NCBI GenBank assembly: GCA_030704615.1
Contig: CM060734.1
Coordinates: forward strand, 34,286,001-34,350,000
Direction: 5' to 3'
DNA: 64,000 bases
From: Takakia lepidozioides
Lineage: Eukaryota; Plantae; Bryophyta
The position numbers were made by a program, and so were the translations under genes. Position 1 is the stretch's first letter; the number at the start of each line of letters is the position of its first letter. The notes beneath the pieces are model-generated. The model was given only the letters and a program-made list of their open reading frames with translations. It was not told the DNA's origin and searched no databases. Shown here piece by piece: positions 42,817 to 52,782 of this stretch.

Positions 42817-43955
42817 TTTCAATTGACGTCATATTACACTGGGATGTATCAGAGGGTACATTGAACACACTGGCAAAGTTTCAAAGCGAACGAAAATCAT
42901 TTGGATGGGCAACCATCCGTTGGCCTATTGAACGAATTTCGATTGAACTCATATTACTCTGGGGCCTCTTACATGGCACATTGAACACAGTGGCCAAGTC
43001 TCAAAGCGAACCAAAATCATTTCGATGGCCAACCATCCGTTGAGCCATTTTGGACCCAAAACCACTGTTTCTTCCCTGTTTTGCACTCCAAACTTGATTT
43101 GTGTTCTACTTTATGCACTCTTCATAGAGAGTTCTGCAATAGTGAGCGAAGACAACATTTTTTTTTTGGGGCATTTTTTATTGGTCCAAATTTTGGCGGG
43201 GGAGTAGCCGTGGGATGCTGGAAGCCGCAGAACAAAATTGAGCCAAAAACAAAATAACCCCCACTGAAAGGCAGTGCAAACCTATTTATTGGCTTAAAAT
43301 AAATTTAAATTCAATTAAATTGTGGAATGGCTTGAGGGGGGAGCCCGTCGATGGGGAGACAAATGATTTATTCGTCTGTTGTGTCTCTACACATGTGTTG
43401 CACACATGTTCAAGCACATGCGGGCAAAAGATGGGCTTCAACCACATCCGTTCAATGGGTGCAATAGTCGTGCACGCATTGCAGGATTTTTTTTTCGCAT
43501 TGAACAAAAACCAGATGACAAGTGAATGCCTCATTGGACAATCGAACGATTTTCGATTGATATCGTATTACACTGAGACGTATCAGAGGGTACATTGAAC
43601 ACACTGGCAAAGTTTCAAAGCGGACGAAAATCATTTGGATGGGCAACCATACGTTGGCCCATTGAATGAATTTCGATTGATCTCATGTTACTCTGGGGCC
43701 TCTTACATGACACATTGAACATAGTGGCCAAGTCTCAAAGCGAACCAAAATCATTTTGATGGCCAACCATCTGTTGAGCCATCGAATGAATTTCGATTGA
43801 TCTGATATTAGTCCTGGACCTGATACATGGTATGTTGAACATAGTGGCAAAGATTGAAAGCAAACGAAAATCATTTGGATGGGCAACCATTCAATCGCTC
43901 ATTGAATGAATGGGGTTTCGTCTTCGATTATACTGGGACCTGTTACATGGTATGC
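42817..43955. repeat. ~120-bp tandem repeat in two blocks (42817-43050 and 43550-43955)
   Basis: Unit ...cattgaacaca.tggc.aagt.tcaaagcgaac.aaaatcattt.gatgg.caaccatc... occurs 5 times plus a partial copy. Confidence 0.9.
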
Positions 43956-43967
43956 CATTTGAAGCTC

Positions 43968-44257
43968 TTTTTGTAGTGTCTCCTGCCTCGTAATGCGGTG
44001 CTTCTCCATGTCCACTTTATCCAATATGTTAATATTCTCCACCTGGAACAGATCCACATATGTGTGCAGAAATCCTTAAAAAAACAAATGACCATCTCAA
44101 CTTTTATAAGCCTCATCCCAAGCTTCTAGTTTTGATGGTCATTTGTTTTTTAAGTTATATACGCATGTGTGGATATGTTCGAGATGGAAGATATTAGCAT
44201 TGGAAAAATAAGAGTTGGAGAAGCACTTCATTACGAAGCAAGAGACATTACAGAAAA
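43968..44257. repeat. Long imperfect inverted repeat (foldback), arms ~130 bp
   Basis: ttaaaaaaacaaatgaccatc pairs with gatggtcatttgttttttaa. Outer tgtagtgtctc pairs with gagacattaca. Confidence 0.85.
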
Positions 44258-44425
44258 CCTCAGCATATTGAACATCTGGATGAAGAACCTTGCCCATCGT
44301 CGCTTCAAAGTTCTAGCGCTTCTGAAATGATCACATGTTTGTTGGTGGAAGCAGATCTCGTAGGCCACATTGATCTCATACCCATACGCTCGAACCTCAC
44401 AAATGTCATTTCAACAAAACCGGCC

Positions 44426-44808
44426 GTGTATTGTGGCACTGTTTGTAACTGCGAATGTTTCAATGTTTCTGACAGGGTACTGAGAAAATGATATATTGGA
44501 TCCATATGAGTTAGACAACAAACGTTCCATATCTCATTCAACTGTGCGATACTACTATGAGTGGCATGGATAAAAAAGTAATAGGTGTACATGCGACCTC
44601 CGCACGTTTAAGTAGAGACCTAGTATCAAACGTTCGGAGGTCGCATGTGCACCTATTACTTTCCGATCCATGCCTCTCATGGTAGTGTCGCACAGTTGAA
44701 TGAGAGGAGACGTTTGTTGTCTAACTCCTACGGAACTAATACATCGTTTTCTCATAACCCTATCCGAAACCTTGGAACATTACAAATATAAACAGTGAGC
44801 CAGTACAC
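44426..44808. repeat. Long imperfect inverted repeat (foldback), arms ~180 bp, ~18-nt loop
   Basis: aagtaataggtgtacatgcgacctccg pairs with cggaggtcgcatgtgcacctattactt. gagttagacaacaaacgt pairs with acgtttgttgtctaactc. Confidence 0.9.
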
Positions 44809-44966
44809 AAACCATTTATGTTGCGATGACAGGTGCCAAGGTCGAGCATATGCAATGTAGTATTTACAATGGGACTTTATTTATTACATGCACGATCAAA
44901 ATTGAGTTATGTATTCATAAAAGAACCATTGTACCGCCATAAATCTCATATCTACGAGACTATGGT

Positions 44967-45314
44967 CTACTCCGTCCTATACACGTCTTTCGGCTCAGAC
45001 CAATTGAATAGCTTGCCCATGAATCGAAGTACTACATGGGCTAATGTGACTCTCTCAGTTTTGTTGTTGTCGTACAACCTTTGTAGCATTGAATGCCAAC
45101 AACCTCCAGTAAATTGGTCCTGGAACATACTTTGATCATAATGAGCGCCGCCATTTATTCATACCGCTATCTTCCCAACAGCAAAGGCCTCCGACGTCAT
45201 GTCCTGGGGGGGGGTGACATTCGCATTGAAAACCGATACAATATCTTTTTCCACCCACCATCTTTTCGCGAGTTCCCGGTCTAGCTTGTCTTGGTTTTCA
45301 AACTGGTACGGCGA
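44967..45314 (-). pseudogene. 3' half of the interrupted protein kinase gene
   Basis: SPYQFENQDKLDRELAKRWWVEKDIV...TSEAFAVGKIAV*...MLQRLYDNNKTERVT resembles subdomains VIII, IX and XI. It continues in frame from SPYQ of ORF 56737-57927. Confidence 0.85.
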
Positions 45315-46000
45315 CAGGGATGCCTCGGTGTGAGCCTGGTCACGTGAGCGCAACTGCGCTCACGCCACGTCACCTTGCGCCAATGCCACATCACGGAGCT
45401 CACTCCACGTCATCACACTTGAAGACCGCGTCACCATGCGCCCAGGAAGAAGTGGAGTGTATTCCCGTGGATTGGCACCCTTTACCGCGGAAACAAGTTG
45501 GACGACATAATAAAAGGCAGTGGTCATTCCCACCTGAAAGCAACAGATGAATAAAGGATGGATGAATGTGAAAAATGAATGTAGATGGATGAATGAGGGA
45601 TGGATAAGAGTCAAATGGATGAATGTATAATGGATGTTGAGCAATGGAAAACATTAATGACAGGAAGATGCATGACTAAAACTTTAGACGAATGCACAAC
45701 GTATATGACATGAGTGTGGTAGGTTTGTGGGGTGGATTAAAGAGTACAGAGGATGAATGTACAATGGATGTTGAACAAAGGAAAACATTCATGAATGGAG
45801 CACGCATGAATACATTGTAGATGAAAGCACAATGGATATGACAAGAGTGAGGGAAGTTTGTGAGATGGATTCATATATATTGCAATTTAAATGGTAGTTG
45901 ATTCTTTGATTATTTTTCTTTCCAAAGGAACAACTACGGTAGAGGAAGGGGATTCAACGTTTTCCAAAGAGGATGAAACAGAATATTAAAAGAACATAGT

Positions 46001-49000
46001 TCAGTCTGACTCAGAGTCAGTACAATGTATCCCCGCTTCCTCTGCATCTAAGTCTCAGTATTTAAGAACTCCGGATCTACGCTGGCTACACCTACGGCTG
46101 GGCAGTAAAAATTCAGGGGATAGGGACTCGGCCGCGTGAAGTGCCATTGCTTCGGCATAATCAGGAAGCAGAAAATTGGAAAGGGGGCTGTCGAAAACAG
46201 ACTCGCCACAAATGATTGTATCTCCTGAAGATCCACCGCTGCCTTTCCTGAAAGACAGCCTGAAAAAGTTATTACTGTAACTTTGATGTTATTGAGAAAT
46301 TGAGTATGACTCCCAAAGTGGGTTTAGCACTTACTCACATGAAAAGTCGTTGTCGACCTGCTTATCTTCGGGATTGTCATCATTTCAAATTAGAATCCGA
46401 TAAGTCTGTGTGCCTGAAGTGGAGCCAGACAAAAGGGGGAGGAGCACTGTGTTGTAGAGGTCAGAATCACCCTCCATGCCAAAAAGGCTTCTTCCGCCTG
46501 CCTTGCATGCATGGTAAGTTGCTCCTGCACCAGACAGGAGGACATGAACAGTTTGGTGGGGGGGGGGATTTAAGCAGATAGAACTGGTGAAAGAAAATCA
46601 ATTCGGAAAGGAGAGAACGAACCTGTGGACATAGAAAGATCGACCACCCGTGCAGAGTGGTGGCTGCATGACTCCAGCAATATTTGCATGAACGCTGGGG
46701 ATTTTTCCTTTGCACCTCTCCAGGGAGTGCCATCTGGTCTCTTCAGAGTCTGACTGGACTGCATAAAGTTGTACAAAATGTCATCGACGTGCAGCTCATA
46801 GGGGGGGTTGACGAAACAACCCTGGTCAGAAATCTCAAAGCTGCGGATGGAGGATGGTGTCTTTGAGGTGCAAATCCTCCGCAGGCAGATCGCCTCGAAC
46901 ATCCTCATCTGCCAAAGATAGCAGGTTAGTGTGGTAAACACAATCTATAGTGGAAGTGTGTACATTGGCTATTCAGAACTCAAGCACAAAACAATCATTT
47001 TTATCACGAATCGGTGATGATCGGTGTCGATCATGACAGATTCTTCTAGAGTGGAGCTGCAGAGAACATTGAAACTCATCATGAAAGCACAAGCAGAAGG
47101 GAGACGACATACCAGCTGACCAGGGAAACCCCCTTTCACAAGGTAGAGGCTGTTCACACAATTCCATGTGCGCAAAACTTCAAACCCTGAAGACTTCAGG
47201 TATGATGCCAATGCCCGACGACTATCTTTGTCACATGACTGAAAAAGCAGAAGTGTCCCTGCATCAGAGAGGAAATTATTACAGAACCCGAACACCCAAC
47301 TCCAGTAGTTGTCCTCGAATTTGTTCCAGCCTGACGTCTTGCCCTTTGGAAGAACTTTTGGCACAGCCTGGCCATCCGGGATGTCGAGAATGACAATATC
47401 AGCCGCATATATTTTCTGCACACCGCACACGAAGGTGGGACCTGTGCTCACTTGCAACAGACATGTTTTTTTTAAGAACGATGGCAAGAATGTTTTCAAA
47501 GAGACTGAAATACTGCCAATGAAATTTTCAGAGAAAAAAAAAGAAACTGGAATTCTCACCAGATTGAGGAATGAGATTATGTTGTCCCAGGTAGGCGAAG
47601 GCACCCCAGTGTATCCTCTCTTTCGACTCTGCATCATCGACAACCAACCCTCATTGACAATTTTAATCTCTCCTGCCGAATCAGAACGGGAAGGGTGTGG
47701 CTTGGCATCGAACACGCACTGAACTGTGCGGGTATATCTTCCAGCAGTGAAGTCCTGCCCACTCTCCATCTCCTTTTCTTTCTCCTTCCCCTTGTCCTTT
47801 TCCTTCTCTTTGGACTTGTCTTTGTCCTTTGGCTTTGCTGGTGAGATGGCTATGACATCAACAACCTTGTCTTTTGGTTTGCGGCCCGCCTTCTTTCCCT
47901 TCTGCGGCGTTCCCTGAGCATCAGGCTTCTTGGCAACCAATGTTGTTATGTTTCTTTGATACTCTTTGTTAGTCAGAGGCGCCAACATCTCAGCATTATT
48001 GTTCAAATATTTCATATGCTGTTCTTGAAAGGTCGTGTGCTCCGGTGGGCAGTCAAGGTACCAGCCACAGTCTCTGAAGTGAGAAGGACTCCAGTCCTTC
48101 AATATCCCTGCAGTATACATGGTTGGATCATTTGCAGGGTCCGACCACATGTCAAGATAGTCTAGAATACCGCTCAGGTGATTTCCTTCCATAAGCACAT
48201 ATTTCCTGTACCTGTTAAACAGGAGATAAATCCCAACCCACCAAAGCGCGAAGTGAGTAAGATGCAAGTAGCACAGAATGAAAAAAACATGGAATGAAAT
48301 GGCTCTGAGAACTGCTCCAAAGACCTTTCAGGACCACGCGACAGCTCCGGATGTGAATGTCGTCAACGCCATTCAAAACATTCCATTCAATGATACTGTA
48401 AATACACCCTAATCCACGTGAATGCAAACTCTCGCTTTGGAATGACACAGACATAGAAGTGAATGTCGTCAACGGCATTCACTTTGGATTTGTGAATACA
48501 CTGCTAATCAAGCCTAATGATTTCTCAAAAGAGGCAAAATCATTGGATGGAAATCAGAAACTCGAGTAAGGAACCCTCCCCCAAAACTCAATGGACATTC
48601 ATAACGAACATAACACTGAGGACCTCATAATAACACTGGATGTGAATGGTGTCAACACCATTCACAAAATTACGAACAAGGAACCAATTAATATACCCTT
48701 AGCTCCCAATCCATGTAAATTCAAATTGTCGCTCGTGAATGACACAGACATAGAAGTGAATGTCGTCAACGACATTCACTTTGGAACTCTGATAACACAG
48801 CTAATCAAGCCTGAAGATTTCTCGCAAGAGGCAAAAGCAATGCAGAACAACTGAATGTCTGCATTGACATTCAGCAAACTGAAGTGAGGAACCCTCACTA
48901 TAAACTCTATGGACATTACAAAAACTTATATAACTCTGAGGACCTCTCAACAACTCTGGATGTGAATGTCGTCAACGCCATTCAGGGACATTATCAATTC

Positions 49001-52000
49001 TAATCAGGGACACTATAACTACACCCTAAGCTCCTAATCCAGATGAATTCAAATTCTCGCTTAAGAATGACTCAGACAAAGAAGTGAATGTTGTGAACGA
49101 CATTCAATTTGGATCTATGATTACAATCCTTATGAAGCCAAATTATTTCCCAAAAAGTGCAGTAGAGTTTCCAGTATGATATTGCACATGTACACGACTC
49201 GCATCATGGCCCACTCTCCTCCAACCTGACTGTCAAAGTCGTTGGACCGTAAAATGTTACCATCTTTGGAGAAATCCCGGAAAAAACAGTATCTCCAGGT
49301 GAGACCTCTCCACTTCCTTATGTATGCCTCCAATGACATTTGGGGAGGGAAAACAAGCGAAATGTTCAAGTCCTTCAAAGTCTGATCCAGCACAATGACG
49401 GCGCGCTTTTCGAGCTGCAAATTGTATATTTGTCAGTATTGCAAATAAGATACTCATCACATAATTGAAGAAAAGAAAACGGCTTATTTGAATACACACC
49501 TGACTCCAAAATGTAGCCTTGTGGAGCCAGTTATCAAACTCCAAATCACTGATTCCTTCCACCTTTGTGCCAGGCTGTATGGTGCTCTTTGGGAACTGAT
49601 TCAAGTCCTTTACTGTCTGATCTGAGTTCCATATCTGTAGCCACCTTATTTCTGTTTGTGGGTCGACCATGGATATGGCCAGCCGGTGCAATTTCTCCTG
49701 CTGCATCTCCGGATGCACATGCTTGTCATAGTGAGATTTGATTTGCTGAAGGAACTCAGAACCAAGTCCAGGATCTACTATTCTAAGCTGCTTTCCGAAG
49801 GCGGACATCAATTTGGTTCTTCGCATTTCAAACTCCTTTTTTATTGCTGCCTCCACACCCTTTGATGTCCTTAGTTCCTCTGGTGTAGTGCGGTAATATT
49901 CGGATTTTCCCTTCTCACCTGCCTTTGCCAGTTCTTGCTGCATTGATTCAAATAGTGATTAGCACCGAAGGGACTACAAACATGTATTCGAAAAATAAAC
50001 TGAGTACAGACTCGGGCTTACCGCATACATGTACTCCAGAAACGCCTCTCGAGTCAAAGAATACCAAGTACCTGCAGCTCTTCCTGTTTCGCACTTCTTG
50101 ATTATATTGGGGGGGAGTACTGTCCGAAAATCATCCAGCTTCATCAGACCAATCCTTTGAATTCAGAATAGTGTGTGGACCAAGCTTGTTGTCACATGTG
50201 ATTTCTCTGTCGATCTGCAAAAACATTGGAAACATTGCATTCCTTAATACTGTTTTTTTGGGATTAACAAGACACTACAGAGGGAATGAAGTCTCTAGGA
50301 TGACTTACTTGTTCACGTCGTGCATAGCTGTAAGAAGCCTAGCGATGTCGTTTCCTGGATCCAAAACCATTGCCTCCACATCAACATGCTTGTCTTTGTC
50401 TTTCGCATGGTGTTTCTGGATGTATCCCGTCCATTCCAGCAATCGGTGGTTGCCGTCCCAGACGTAGAACATGTGGTTGTAGAATTGCTGGGTGTTCTTT
50501 CCCATCATGAGGCCCAGCTCGAACTCCTCATTAGCATCTTTCCAGCACTCATCCCAGGTATTACTGATCTCTGGAGACACTAATGTGCTTTTCCCATTTA
50601 TATCCGTCAGTGACACAATAAAAACTTGTGCACCAAGTCTGTATCCATGCACAAAATCACTCTCCAATTTTGTTATGTCAAGGGAAAGAGGTGGACGCAC
50701 AACATGCATAGATATCATCCGGCACAGAGGGATGTCCAGACGCCCTCCAGATACGAGCATGTCCTTTATAACCTTCTGAGAGTTTACCTTCTGGAATGAC
50801 ATGAGTTCTTTCACCTTGTCAAGGTAGTGCACTTCAGATTCATCTGCTTCATCGTTATTCTCTGAGCTTTTTCCAGACTCGTCCCCATCTCCAGATCCTT
50901 TCCCCTCTGATCCTGTAGGCTTGGACCTCACAGTTTTATGCACGATGCCATTCAAATCTGACTGAGTAATGTGCAAATAGTGAACGGCGGTAACGACCAT
51001 CACTCTGTCTCGACGAAACTCACAATGAATGGTGTGAAACAAATTCAGAACCATCTACACAAGCAAAGCTGATCCTGCCAAATTCAAAACAAAAGCGAGA
51101 GCGAGAGCGAACGGCGTTAACGACAATCACAAAAGACAAGGACCTGCCGGATCGGTGTTGTGCAATGACATATATGTGTAAGTGATTGGCGGCAACGACA
51201 TTCAGTATAGTTTAGGGCGGACAGTAAGTGCAGATTATTCAGATTGACTCCATTGTGATTACCGTCGCAAGCATTCACGGTTTCTTGTCTATGTCGAGAG
51301 TACTTTCCAATCGATACTCTACCTGAATCTACAGTATGGTCTTCAAATCTTTGATTGGCGGTACCACCTTTCCACTTCTCTATCTGTTCAACCTCATACA
51401 AAGAAAATGCATTGCAATACATTATGACTGAATATGCCGACCCTCACTCTCTCTTCAAACACATAGGTACATAAATCTCATGAGGAGAATCGAATGGCGT
51501 TAACGACGCTCGCAATTCAGTAGACTTCAATCACATGTTCCTGCTAAAGAAGAGAAGAGGAAGGACTGCTTGAAAGGCAATCAGACAGACTGTATGATCT
51601 GAACGACAGTGAATGACGGTACCGTCAGTCACCCACTCATTGTGCTGTAAACCCTTAACAGAGGAGTAGAAAGCAAATCACCATTGTTTCATGGTGATGG
51701 TCGGTAGCGACAATCCCTTTCTGGGACATTCCACTCAATCTCTACGCAAATCTTCAACAATGAAATGTAAGTTAGAGAAAACTTACTGGCGCCTTCTTAG
51801 GTTTTGAAATTGGATCCCCTTCTGCAGCTTTCCTCTTCCCTCTCACATCTGCTGGAATTTTTGTCTGCTCTAGGGTTTCTGGACCTTCTCCCGGTTCAGC
51901 GTTCCTCGTACTTCCACCTCTTTCAGTTTCCCTGCGAGTCATCTCTGCATCCACAGGCTGGTTTCCAACGCGCACTGTTATCGCCGACTGTGTCACAGCC

Positions 52001-52092
52001 GTTGCCTCAGTCTCGGTCTGCTCTTGTGAATCAGTCTCCGCGTTCACCTGCTGCCTTGGCCCTGTATTCTCCAACAAACGACGCCTCGTCAT
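46001..52092 (-). pseudogene. Multi-exon ParB/Srx-like domain + beta-class N4-cytosine/N6-adenine DNA methyltransferase fusion (at least one in-frame stop, 50163-50165); 3' end approximate
   Basis: Exon 50961-50309: LDIPLCRM...VRP...LESDFVHGY...FIV...FYVWDGNHRLLEW (ParB/Srx). Downstream exons: ADIVILDIPDG (motif IV-like), FLSDAGTLLLF, and GAKEKSPAFMQILLESCSHHSARVVDLSMSTG|ATYHACKAGGRSLFGMEGD, joined across the 46622-46525 intron (motifs X, I and II). Confidence 0.82.
48349..49130. repeat. Intronic tandem repeat (~290-320 bp x 2.5) built around 24-bp palindromes
   Basis: ggatgtgaatg..gtcaac.ccattca at ~48349, ~48638 and ~48958. gaagtgaatgt.gt.aacg.cattca at 48456, 48753 and 49081. Confidence 0.9.
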
Positions 52093-52782
52093 TTGCTCTC
52101 TTGCTCTGCGTCTCTCTCTAAGGGAAGTAAAATAAAGAGACTTTCTTCTCTTTCGTATTGTAGAAGGAACCCTCTCCAGCTTGACTACCACTCTCCCTCT
52201 AAGCGCGAAAAGTAGAAAAACGAAGTGACTCCCGATTTCTTGCGGGATTGCGTGCGTTGTTGCTTGTCTCTAGAAGCATCGGATTCCTTCTCGCGTGACC
52301 GTTACACATAGTCGTTCCCTTATTAGTGCACATGCCAACAATTAGTGTACAGCTGTTCGTATTCAATTATCGATGTCTGACGTGTGTCGCCCAAAATAAA
52401 CGGCGTGTTCTTTATTAGAACGGTTTCAATATTTAAAAATAACAACGAATCCCGGAAATCTTGGCGCACAGTCTTAGACAAATATATGTAAATGAACGAG
52501 AGTTTGATGACAAATTTTGGGATATCATACACGGTCATCCTTGTTAGCCAACCCCACATTCGTTTCACATTTTGAACTTTCCAGGTGCGCATGATCATTG
52601 GTAGTAGTATAAAGATACATTTACTCAATCTGCAATCCCACCCTCAGATCCTATGGCATGCTTCCAGGAAGTCGGCTTGTTATTGTGTTTATTGATGAGG
52701 TTCTGATTAACGGTTCAACAGCTGCCGACATTGCTCCCAGGAAGTCCTTGACAATGGATTTGCAATTGTTCTGGAACATGTC

